Positions 1-7,845 of a stretch of 42,057 nt of DNA are shown piece by piece; the first letter of the stretch is position 1; each line of letters opens with the position of its first letter. The stretch comes from a bacterium (lineage in GTDB: Bacteria; Patescibacteriota; Saccharimonadia; Saccharimonadales; JACDBH01): assembly GCA_029557395.1 (NCBI GenBank), contig JAKQIK010000011.1, forward strand, positions 1 through 42,057, in the 5' to 3' direction. A model generated the notes under the pieces. It was not told the DNA's origin, searched no databases, and saw only the letters and a program-made list of their open reading frames with translations. Position numbers and translations under genes: made by a program.

Positions 1-129
1 CTATATGGTGGTAGGATACTAACTCACCAACTGGAAGATCTATGCATCGAATGGATGGCCAGAGTTAACAGAAAAGAGCTATTTAAAAGCCCGATAGAAT
101 TTCTAACATATACGCTTGTTCCGTTTTAG
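1..129 (+). CDS. 3' end of a CDS entering from outside the window; tail weakly resembles the C-terminus of an rve-type DDE transposase/integrase (speculative)
   Basis: Frame 1 is open from base 1 to TAG 127-129 (LYGGRILTHQLEDLCIEWMARVNRKELFKSPIEFLTYTLVPF*). The '..NRKxL..KSPIEF' tail resembles the conserved YNxxRxH..L.(Y)xSPxEF end of IS3/IS30/IS481-type transposases. Only 42 codons are visible. Confidence 0.25.
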   Translation, partial: LYGGRILTHQLEDLCIEWMARVNRKELFKSPIEFLTYTLVPF

Positions 130-435
130 TTGACTGTGCCCGTTAATGAAGTCAGCTGTGCCAGTTAGGTTGAACTTGATGGTCTGTGTACCGGCAGTAG
201 CATTTGATTCTTCTATGGCAGCACGGAGTGTACAGTTGCCTGAACCATCATCACATATGTTATCCCCGACATTGCTGTCTGCGGTATCTAGCTTGCTATC
301 GACCGTGATGCCATCTGAGAAGTTATTATCAGAGGCCTGTACTGTCGGTAAAGTTATAAAGCTCAGGGCTATAATTAACAGCCCGCTAAAAGTCGCTAGA
401 CCAAATATATAGTATTTACGATGGGATTGCACCAT
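103..435 (-). CDS. Secreted/surface protein, N-terminal fragment only (signal peptide plus CTLRAAI motif); probably truncated
   Basis: ORF track. It has a hydrophobic signal/anchor (YYIFGLATFSGLLIIALSFITLPTVQA). This is followed by NICDDGSGNCTLRAAIEESNATAGTQTIKFNL, the C(S/T)LR.AI..AN....I.F opening typical of very large secreted beta-helix/adhesin-like proteins. GGAAGG lies about 8 nt upstream of the ATG. The ORF stops after 110 aa, and every minus-strand frame downstream carries stops. Confidence 0.6.
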   Translation of the reverse strand: MVQSHRKYYIFGLATFSGLLIIALSFITLPTVQASDNNFSDGITVDSKLDTADSNVGDNICDDGSGNCTLRAAIEESNATAGTQTIKFNLTGTADFINGHSQLKRNKRIC

Positions 436-489
436 TTGTTTTTCCTTCCAGTTGATTTATATTTTTTAAGTCACCAAATTTCAATATCA

Positions 490-520
490 ATTATAGCATA
501 AGTGGTATTGGGTTAGTCAA
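490..520 (-). promoter_or_regulatory. Candidate sigma70-type promoter for the 103-435 gene
   Basis: Minus strand reads TTGACT (520-515), 19 nt, TGcTATAAT (-10 at 495-490). An SD and the ATG at 435 follow. Confidence 0.4.
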
Positions 521-524
521 TGGG

Positions 525-632
525 CTGACCCACACGCACTTTTTGTCCTCCAGGGCGCTTTATAGGGAGCCGTTGGCTCGCCTATGGCGCTTGCTCACCC
601 TATCCGGACATAAAAAAGTGCGTGTGGGTCAG
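525..632. mobile_element. MITE-like 108-bp palindromic element, copy 1 (20-bp perfect terminal inverted repeats, 9-bp flanking direct repeat)
   Basis: CTGACCCACACGCACTTTTT...AAAAAGTGCGTGTGGGTCAG. It is 107/108 identical to 37711-37818. It is flanked by GTCAATGGG at 516-524 and 633-641. By hand count 61/108 bases are G+C, in AT-rich surroundings. Confidence 0.6.
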
Positions 633-698
633 GTCAATGGGCAATGGCATACAATAATTTTGGACATCAAATCATATAAATGGCTTGGGGGATTTATT

Positions 699-1481
699 TT
701 ATGCGATGGCTGATGAAGTGATTGACTCAAAGGGTTTGTTGGGATTTTGTAGCCAAAATACACTCGCTTTGGTAGCTACTTGTACTTGCCATAATTCTTT
801 ATCATCACTGAGCTTGGTGGTACTGATATTGCCCTGATGTGCTACTACGATATTATCTAACTCTTTGGTAACTATTATGCACCTATGTAGCTTACTAAAT
901 TCATGCAGTGCTTGAACCAGTAACATTAGCCCCATACCTAATAAAAATGGTGTTTCAAATTTGCTGGCCGTACCTAGCTTTTGTAGCTGAGATAAATTGA
1001 CGACTAGCATGGTATTTTCTCTATCAAGGATACTAGTAGGTAGATGATAAAAATAATCGACAGCGTCTTTGGTGACGGTCAGTATACCGCTGTATTGCTG
1101 AGTATATTTTTCGAGTAGAATTGATGTCTCGCTGTTGCGCCCAAAATCACCTGCTAGGAGCACACCATCTGCCCATGAGCTTTGGACCAAGAATTCTCCC
1201 AGTGCTTCGGAGCCAAAGCTACCACTAGGTGTGCTTGGTCCAAAGTCGGCGTTTTCTAGTAGTTTGCCAACAGTTTTTTTGATTGCATCTGGTAGCAGGA
1301 CGTGTGTTGTACCGATGCCCGATTCGTGTGCAGTCTGATAGGCCTGACCGATATTAGCAAAGCCGTGGATATTGCCACCGGCAATCAATAATTTGCCCGC
1401 TCCATGTCTTGTTTCTGGTCGGCTCCAAAGTATGTCTTTGTAGAGTGGTTTATCTGCCACCTGCTTTTGCCAATAATCCAT
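699..1481 (-). CDS. YjeF C-terminal-like / ribokinase-fold protein (NAD(P)HX dehydratase family, divergent)
   Basis: RPETRHGAGKLLIAGGNIHGFANIGQAYQTAHESGIGTTHVLLPD is colinear with the N-terminal region of ADP-dependent NAD(P)HX dehydratases. I do not see the C-terminal G(T/S)GD motif, so function is uncertain. Confidence 0.45.
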   Translation of the reverse strand: MDYWQKQVADKPLYKDILWSRPETRHGAGKLLIAGGNIHGFANIGQAYQTAHESGIGTTHVLLPDAIKKTVGKLLENADFGPSTPSGSFGSEALGEFLVQSSWADGVLLAGDFGRNSETSILLEKYTQQYSGILTVTKDAVDYFYHLPTSILDRENTMLVVNLSQLQKLGTASKFETPFLLGMGLMLLVQALHEFSKLHRCIIVTKELDNIVVAHQGNISTTKLSDDKELWQVQVATKASVFWLQNPNKPFESITSSAIA

Positions 1482-1568
1482 AATAACATTATAGTATATA
1501 AGTTCCTGATATTAGTTGATCTAGGTTCAGGATATTTTCAGCTTTGTAATATAGGATAAATAAATATC

Positions 1569-2240
1569 ATGAGAGTTTTAGTTGTCGAAGATGAGCCAAA
1601 AATTGCCAAGAGTATCAAAAGAGGCTTGGAGGCTGAGACATTTAGTGTTGATATTGTTGAAGATGGCGACAGCGGCCTAAGCTACGGACGTAGCCCGGAG
1701 TATGATGTGATTGTACTCGACTGGATGTTACCGGGTAGTATGGATGGGCAGGCCGTTTGCATGGCCTTACGTGCAGAAGGTGTAACTACACCTATCCTGA
1801 TGTTGACGGCCAAAGCCGAAGTTGATAGCAAAGTCAAAGGACTGAGCAGCGGAGCTGATGATTATCTGGCCAAACCATTTGCATTTGACGAGTTAGTTGC
1901 GCGGCTGTACGCCCTCCTACGTCGGCCGCGCGACTTTCTTGGCAATACTTTCTCTGCTGGCAAGTTAGTGCTAGACCCTGTTTCTAAGGATGTTTTTTAT
2001 GACAAAGATAAGATTGATATAACAGCCAAAGAGTTTGCCCTACTCGAATATCTACTGCGAAATAAAGATAAGGTAGTAAACAAAGATGAACTTATCAATC
2101 ATGTTTGGAGCGACGATGATGATGTCTTGCCAAACACAGTCGAAGTTTATATAGGCTATTTGCGGAACAAAATCGACAAAAAGTATAACGCCGATATTAT
2201 CCAGACCAAACGTGGTTTTGGATATATAATTCAATCATGA
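1569..2240 (+). CDS. OmpR/PhoB-family response regulator
   Basis: Receiver domain (MRVLVVEDE, VIVLDWMLPG, LMLTAK) plus a C-terminal winged-helix (TAKEFALLEYLLRN...VEVYIGYLRNKI...RGFGY). Confidence 0.95.
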   Translation: MRVLVVEDEPKIAKSIKRGLEAETFSVDIVEDGDSGLSYGRSPEYDVIVLDWMLPGSMDGQAVCMALRAEGVTTPILMLTAKAEVDSKVKGLSSGADDYLAKPFAFDELVARLYALLRRPRDFLGNTFSAGKLVLDPVSKDVFYDKDKIDITAKEFALLEYLLRNKDKVVNKDELINHVWSDDDDVLPNTVEVYIGYLRNKIDKKYNADIIQTKRGFGYIIQS

Positions 2241-3262
2241 AATCTTTTACCGCTCGACTCATTGCGTCCTCTAGGGTTCGTTTGGCGGTTACTTATCTTG
2301 CGATTATCATGGTACTTAGTTTTGGTTTTAGTGGGTTTTTGTATGTCCAATCTGTGCAAGAGGCCAAGGGCAATCTATCGAGACAGTCAACTAGGCTAAG
2401 AGATTATCTATACTTCACTAGTCCCGAGCAAATTCAATCAATACAGGACAATCAACTTCAGGCATTTAAAAAAAGTTTAATCAAGAGATTGCTTGTATTA
2501 AATCTTGGTATGTTTGTGTTGGGTGGTTGCCTTAGTATTATTTTGGCCAAACGGTCTCTGCGACCTATGGAGCGAGCGCTAGAAGCACAAAGTCGGTTTA
2601 CCTCTGATGCTGCTCATGAGCTACGAACACCGTTGACGGCGATGAAAACAGAAATTGAGGTAGCCCTTCGTAGCAAGAAACTAAGGCTTTCTGAAGCCAA
2701 GGAGACGCTTAGTAGTAGCCTTGAAGAAGTGGTAAAACTAGAACTTTTGACTTCTGCCCTTTTGCGCTTGGCTCGTGATAGCAGGAATATTGATAGAACA
2801 TATTGGCAACACTACAAACTAGCAGATATTTTACAGACTGCTTATGATAGGTTGGCTGAAAAAGCTAAGCTCAGGGATATCGGTATTGAATTACCAAAGA
2901 CGAAGCTGATTATATTTGGTGATCCAGATCAGCTTGTTGAACTATTTGTAACTTTGCTTGGTAATGCCATCAAGTACAGTCCAAATAAATCAAAAATTCA
3001 AATAAAGGCTCACAAAGATCATAACTCAATGGTCGTAGTAAAAGTGATTGACAATGGCATTGGGATATCTCAGATTGATTTACCTCATATTTTTGAGCGA
3101 TTTTATCGAGCCGATCACTCACGCAACAAAAGCAAAGTTGATGGTTATGGCCTAGGGCTAAGCTTGGCCGAGTCGATAGTCAAGACACACAATGGCAAGA
3201 TAACCGTCAAAAGTACAGTTGGTGAAGGTTCTGTATTCACTGTTTTGCTACCAAATAAATAG
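2237..3262 (+). CDS. Sensor histidine kinase (HisKA + HATPase_c)
   Basis: Two TM segments, H-box SDAAHELRTPL, N-box LLGNAIKYS, G-boxes DNGIGI and GYGLGLS. There is a 4-nt overlap with the regulator gene. Confidence 0.95.
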   Translation: MKSFTARLIASSRVRLAVTYLAIIMVLSFGFSGFLYVQSVQEAKGNLSRQSTRLRDYLYFTSPEQIQSIQDNQLQAFKKSLIKRLLVLNLGMFVLGGCLSIILAKRSLRPMERALEAQSRFTSDAAHELRTPLTAMKTEIEVALRSKKLRLSEAKETLSSSLEEVVKLELLTSALLRLARDSRNIDRTYWQHYKLADILQTAYDRLAEKAKLRDIGIELPKTKLIIFGDPDQLVELFVTLLGNAIKYSPNKSKIQIKAHKDHNSMVVVKVIDNGIGISQIDLPHIFERFYRADHSRNKSKVDGYGLGLSLAESIVKTHNGKITVKSTVGEGSVFTVLLPNK

Positions 3263-3263
3263 A

Positions 3264-3887
3264 CTAGTAACTCTGAGCCTTTAGTAGGTATGATTCAAAT
3301 TGGTTTAGCTCCTCATAGTTGCAGGCAGTTTCTCGGTAGACATAGAGGGTTCTTCCATCTTGTAATTTAACAGTGCCACTTAATTTTACAGTTTCTGTTG
3401 ACTCTAGTGGTTCAAATTGGAGCATGAAACCACGGCTACAGGCTTGAGCCCCTGGCATAACGTTATTTAGTAACTCCCCTATGTTAGACGCATAAAGTGA
3501 CGAAATCGCTCTAGAATATATTGATTTTGTGTTCATCTGAAGTGATTCTGGGGTTGCGAATTCACCATCTTCTTTGGGATGATATAGATAGATCACTCGG
3601 TCGAGTTCAGGTGATTCGGCTGGTAAAACTAATTTTGCTTCTGGGATATAGCGCCTATTATCTGTACCCTTTTCTGGTCTAATCATAGTGTCTTCTAATT
3701 CTTTTAGGGCACTTTTTGATAAGTTTGCAAGATTGACAGTCTGGAGCTCTGTTATATATTTCCAAACGACAAAATTAAATACAATCTGTGCACAAATCAC
3801 AAAAATAATTACTAGCCCCAGCACAACTAGTAGAGCTTTTGTTAGGTTGTTGTTTTTTGGTGATTTGTTGATTGTTTTTTTTGCCAT
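3264..3887 (-). CDS. Hypothetical membrane-anchored protein
   Basis: ORF track. Basic N-terminus, then one TM helix (ALLVVLGLVIIFVICAQIVFNFVVW). No motif recognised. Confidence 0.65.
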   Translation of the reverse strand: MAKKTINKSPKNNNLTKALLVVLGLVIIFVICAQIVFNFVVWKYITELQTVNLANLSKSALKELEDTMIRPEKGTDNRRYIPEAKLVLPAESPELDRVIYLYHPKEDGEFATPESLQMNTKSIYSRAISSLYASNIGELLNNVMPGAQACSRGFMLQFEPLESTETVKLSGTVKLQDGRTLYVYRETACNYEELNQFESYLLKAQSY

Positions 3888-3950
3888 CTTTGTATTCTCG
3901 TTATTTAGTTAATATGCTAACGCTTCTTTAAAGTAATGACAAGTAAAATA

Positions 3951-4670
3951 TCAAACAAGCGCGTAGGTTGAATTGGTAGATGGTTGGAGTTCATAGATCA
4001 TGTCTTTGCGTTCGATGACGATTTTCCAGTTATTTGTACGTGCAGTTTCATACAGCATGCGGTTTGGGTTAAAGGCTATCGGGTTATCTACCGTCTTGAG
4101 TATCGGAATGTCCGTCTTGCTATCACCTATCCCATAGCTATCTGTCAGGCTGAGGTTATGTTGTTTTATCATCTCTTTTAGCGCAGATTCTTTGTTTGAG
4201 CTTGCAATATATTTATTGCCGTTAAAGCCAGTACTGTCTTCATTGCGTTGATAGACACTGCCTTTGTAATCATCAAATTGATAGTATTTGGCAATTTTTT
4301 CTATTAGTTCGTGGTGTGATCCAGAGATAGCCAACAAAAAGTAACCTTGATCCTTGAGGTTTTTTAATAAATCTCTGGTAAAAATATAGACCTGGTCCTT
4401 GTACTCATCGATAATTGAATCAATTATTTCATCGAATTCTTGAGTTGTTAGCCTGTCTAGAGCCGATTCAAATCCTTTGACTATCTCCATCTCGTAGGCG
4501 TGGTAGCTGTCGGCACTTTCGCGTTTTTTCCATCTCATCCTAGCTTCTTTGATGTGATCGTAGACACCTGGCCCAAGCTTGTTAGCCTTGGCTAATCTGT
4601 CAACAAGAATATGGTACAACTGCCAGCGTATCAAAGTACCATCAATATCAAACACCGCAAATTTCCTCAT
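3951..4670 (-). CDS. HAD-superfamily hydrolase (subfamily IB, SerB-like)
   Basis: Motif I FDIDGTLI, AISGS, motif IV GIGDSKTD. Confidence 0.85.
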   Translation of the reverse strand: MRKFAVFDIDGTLIRWQLYHILVDRLAKANKLGPGVYDHIKEARMRWKKRESADSYHAYEMEIVKGFESALDRLTTQEFDEIIDSIIDEYKDQVYIFTRDLLKNLKDQGYFLLAISGSHHELIEKIAKYYQFDDYKGSVYQRNEDSTGFNGNKYIASSNKESALKEMIKQHNLSLTDSYGIGDSKTDIPILKTVDNPIAFNPNRMLYETARTNNWKIVIERKDMIYELQPSTNSTYALV

Positions 4671-4700
4671 GATAGGAGTATAACACTGATTGTATTTGCG

Positions 4701-5492
4701 CTATATACTGATACTAATTGGGCAGTGATCGGATCCCATCTGTTCGGCGTGTATCTCGGCACTTTTTATCTGATTTTCGAGAGATTTTGAAACTAGGAAA
4801 TAATCTATCCGCCAGCCGACATTTCGTTCACGACTTTTTGCAAAATGGCTCCACCAAGTGTAATGCCCGTTGCCCTGGGTAAAGATTCGGAAAGTATCGA
4901 CAAATCCAGCTGTGAGCCAGTTGTCAAAACCCGTGCGCTCTTCTTCTGTAAAACCTTTTTTGCCCTTATTTGGTTTAGGATTAGCGAGGTCGTCTTCGGT
5001 ATGAGCTACATTCATATCACCGCAGTAGATGACTGGCTTTGATTTTTGAAGTTCGGCACAGTAAGCGGTCATGGCACTATCCCACTGTTGCCTGAGTGGT
5101 ATGCGAGTGAGGTCGTCTTTGGCATTTGGTGTATATGCAGTAACTACATAGTACTTGTCAAACTCGGCGGCTATTACCCTGCCCTCGTCGTTACTGTGTC
5201 CATACTTATCGGCAATTAGGCCATGTTCTTCAGCTAGGTGGCTGGGTATATCGTTTGTGATATTTATCGGCTCAATTTTTGAAAAAATAGCTGTGCCACT
5301 ATAACCTTTTTTTGTACTTGAAGAGTTCCAATATTCCTTATACTGAGGCAAGTCAAATTCAGCTTGGCCTTGTTCGGCCTTGGTTTCTTGCAAACAAAGT
5401 ATGTCGGGGTCATATTCGGCTATAAACTTTTGTAATTCACCTTTTCGGATAACTGCCCTAATGCCATTAATATTCCAACTAAATATCTTCAT
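4701..5492 (-). CDS. xth: Exodeoxyribonuclease III / AP endonuclease
   Basis: MKIFSWNINGIRA, LCLQETK, ...SDHCPISI. I prefer the ATG at 5492 over the ORF-track start at 5525. The longer version would cover the pyrH promoter, and TGtTATACT lies 7 nt upstream of 5492. Confidence 0.9.
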   Translation of the reverse strand: MKIFSWNINGIRAVIRKGELQKFIAEYDPDILCLQETKAEQGQAEFDLPQYKEYWNSSSTKKGYSGTAIFSKIEPINITNDIPSHLAEEHGLIADKYGHSNDEGRVIAAEFDKYYVVTAYTPNAKDDLTRIPLRQQWDSAMTAYCAELQKSKPVIYCGDMNVAHTEDDLANPKPNKGKKGFTEEERTGFDNWLTAGFVDTFRIFTQGNGHYTWWSHFAKSRERNVGWRIDYFLVSKSLENQIKSAEIHAEQMGSDHCPISISI

Positions 5493-5518
5493 AAATGGTA
5501 GTATAACATAGCCATATA

Positions 5519-5548
5519 TTGACAAATAGTCTATTTGTGTGATATAAT
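5519..5548 (+). promoter_or_regulatory. Candidate sigma70-type promoter upstream of pyrH
   Basis: TTGACA (5519-5524), 18 nt, TATAAT (5543-5548), preceded by TGTGA. The same architecture occurs at 13475 and 37704. Confidence 0.5.
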
Positions 5549-5619
5549 ATAATTATAGTAATGAGTATAATATTTTGTCTCTAGTTTTGGCTAATTTACT
5601 GTTACAATAATATTCAATA

Positions 5620-6324
5620 ATGGCGTACAAAAGAGTATTATTAAAAATTTCAGGAGAGCAATTAGCTGGTCGAGAGGGTGGTATTGACCCTGAGTTTGTA
5701 GCATGGCTTGCCACAGAAATAAAAAAAGCTACTGAATCAGGTGTACAAATGGCGATAGTTGTTGGTGGCGGTAATTTCCTGCGTGGAGCGAATTTTGCTG
5801 GTCAAGGAATCGAGAGACCAACAGCCGACTATATGGGTATGCTGGCTACCGTTATGAATGGATTAGCACTGATGGATATGCTTGAACATCACGGACAACC
5901 TACCCGTGTTCAGACTAATATTCACATAAATCAAGTTGCTGAGCCATTTATACGGCGACGAGCGCTGCGGCATTTAGAAAAAAATCGTGTAGTAATTGTT
6001 GCTGGTGGGCTAGGAAAGCCATATCTAACTACCGATACGGCTGCAGCGTCTGTCGCCCTTGAGCTTGATTGCGATGTTATTCTAAAGGCCACAAAAGTTG
6101 ATGGTATTTATGACAGGGACCCTGCTATTCATCCTGATGCAGTCAAGTACGATGTCTTGAGCTATCAAGAGGCTGTTAGTAACACAGATATTATGATTAT
6201 GGATAAGGCTGCGATTGGCCTAGCTATGGAACAAAAAATTCCACTCATTGTCTTTGACCTTCATAGAGATGACAATATTCTGAGGGCCGTATCCGGAGAA
6301 TCAATCGGCACCAGAGTCGGATAA
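5620..6324 (+). CDS. pyrH: UMP kinase
   Basis: KRVLLKISGE, IVVGGGNFLRG, typical 234-aa length. Confidence 0.95.
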   Translation: MAYKRVLLKISGEQLAGREGGIDPEFVAWLATEIKKATESGVQMAIVVGGGNFLRGANFAGQGIERPTADYMGMLATVMNGLALMDMLEHHGQPTRVQTNIHINQVAEPFIRRRALRHLEKNRVVIVAGGLGKPYLTTDTAAASVALELDCDVILKATKVDGIYDRDPAIHPDAVKYDVLSYQEAVSNTDIMIMDKAAIGLAMEQKIPLIVFDLHRDDNILRAVSGESIGTRVG

Positions 6325-6668
6325 TGAGGTTGTTCGAAAAACACAAGAACAATCTAAGGCTTGCAGATGGTTGTATAGTAACCGACAAAGGTGTAACCAA
6401 GGCAAGTGTATATATACCGGAAGTTACAGGAAAATTAGTTTTTCGGTTTTTGGAGGGCTTAGATCCCTCTAGGCTGACTTGGCAAGAGCAAAAGACTGAT
6501 TTACAGCCTGAGACATATCGAAAGATTGGTCTGGCGTGTATGAGCTTATCGGCGATAGCTTTGTCGGCTAAGTTTGGTGTAGATGTAGTAGATTATGCTA
6601 GCAATACACTAGAAGTAGTCAACAATCAATTAATGCAGTCTATGACTACGTTTTCTGAAACTAAGTAA
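6324..6668 (+). CDS. Hypothetical protein, start overlaps the pyrH stop
   Basis: ORF track. The ATG overlaps the pyrH TAA by 1 nt (TAATG). One hydrophobic segment (IGLACMSLSAIALSA). It is not frr. Confidence 0.5.
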   Translation: MRLFEKHKNNLRLADGCIVTDKGVTKASVYIPEVTGKLVFRFLEGLDPSRLTWQEQKTDLQPETYRKIGLACMSLSAIALSAKFGVDVVDYASNTLEVVNNQLMQSMTTFSETK

Positions 6669-7302
6669 CGCTTAGTATGATTGATTCGCTGGGTCTGAGT
6701 CGTTGGTATGTTTTGCTGGTTTGTTTGGCGGTATCAGCAAAATGGAAGTCATAGACATCGATACCGGTGTCCGATAGTAAAGCATCATGGGTTGGTACTA
6801 TGACGTCAGACTTAGTACTAGCAATAAATTCACAAGCTTCCCTAACTCTTAACCATGGCCCAGACGACGGAGTCAGGAGATATCTGACTGGCCTTGGAAA
6901 TTGGGCGTAAGAATCACCCGGATATGCTACTAGATTATTTATGCATACGCCCAAGTTTTTGATAATCGGGAGGCTTTCTCTGATGAGCTCGTGTTCATCG
7001 CCATAAAATTCGAGTGAGAAAGAGCCGATATTATATATTTTTAACTTTTCTGGCTCAGTGGCTTGATTTAGTTTTGTCACAACTTCGGTAGACCCAAATA
7101 TCTGGGCATTAGGATTTTGAGCTAATATTTTATCAAGTTTTTCTGAAAAAAAATGATCTGGGTGTTCATGGGTTATAACAATAGCGACTATCCGTGATAA
7201 ATCACCTGGTAGGTTTGTAAATATACCGGGGTCGATTACTACCTTATCGCCATCATCATTTTCTAAAAAAACACAAGCATGTTCATATTTGGTAAGCTTC
7301 AT
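6661..7302 (-). CDS. MBL-fold metallo-hydrolase
   Basis: HxHxDH motif (ITHEHPDHF). I prefer the ATG at 7302 (MKLTKYEHA), which is preceded by GGAG. The longer ORF-track start at 7401 would overlap smpB. Confidence 0.85.
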   Translation of the reverse strand: MKLTKYEHACVFLENDDGDKVVIDPGIFTNLPGDLSRIVAIVITHEHPDHFFSEKLDKILAQNPNAQIFGSTEVVTKLNQATEPEKLKIYNIGSFSLEFYGDEHELIRESLPIIKNLGVCINNLVAYPGDSYAQFPRPVRYLLTPSSGPWLRVREACEFIASTKSDVIVPTHDALLSDTGIDVYDFHFADTAKQTSKTYQRLRPSESIILSVT

Positions 7303-7312
7303 TATTGTCTCC

Positions 7313-7771
7313 TTATGATTTGATTGCTCTCTTGGCATCTCGATCTTGATCGCGTTGTTTGATTGTCTGTCTTTTGTCGTATTTGCGTTTTCCTCGACCA
7401 ATACCTATCTCTACTTTGATATAGCGACCATTAGTCAATAGTTTGATTGGGACGACTGTGTTGCCTTGGGTTTTTGCCTGTATAAGGCTATCGATTTCTC
7501 GCCGTTTTAGGAGTAATTTGCGATTGCGGTTCTGTACTTCTGATGGCAAGTTGGCTACGTTTGTCTTTAGGGGTGTGATTAGTGCATTGACCAGCCAGGC
7601 TTCATTATCTTTTATTTGCACAAAAGCACCCTGCAGACTTCCGTGATGTTCGCGGAGTGATCTAGTCTCTGCTCCTGTGAGTACTAAACCCGCTAGCAAA
7701 GTATCTTTGATATCATAGTCAAAGCTCGCTCTTTTATTACGAATAGTATTGGTACTTTGCTTTTTTGCCAT
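7313..7771 (-). CDS. smpB: SsrA-binding protein
   Basis: NKRASFDY..., GAETRSLRE, basic C-terminal tail, 152 aa. Confidence 0.95.
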   Translation of the reverse strand: MAKKQSTNTIRNKRASFDYDIKDTLLAGLVLTGAETRSLREHHGSLQGAFVQIKDNEAWLVNALITPLKTNVANLPSEVQNRNRKLLLKRREIDSLIQAKTQGNTVVPIKLLTNGRYIKVEIGIGRGKRKYDKRQTIKQRDQDRDAKRAIKS

Positions 7772-7845
7772 AATAACAGTATAGCAAAATACAGTGGTTA
7801 ATCAGTAAAGATGATTTGTGATTTGTGAACTAGTTGCAGTATTCG

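Noticed and set aside
5493-5525. 11-codon N-terminal extension of xth
   Set aside because: ExoIII homologs begin at MKI.SWN.NG. The extension would run into the TTGACA of the pyrH promoter, and a TGtTATACT box sits 7 nt upstream of the shorter start.
7303-7401. 33-codon N-terminal extension of the MBL hydrolase ORF
   Set aside because: It would overlap the smpB 3' end by about 90 nt. The internal ATG at 7302 is preceded by GGAG and starts at the conserved MKLTKYEHA beta-strand.
7772-7845. Looked for ssrA (tmRNA) beside smpB
   Set aside because: The spacer is only 74 nt and AT-rich, with no tRNA-like acceptor/T-arm sequence. tmRNA must be elsewhere.
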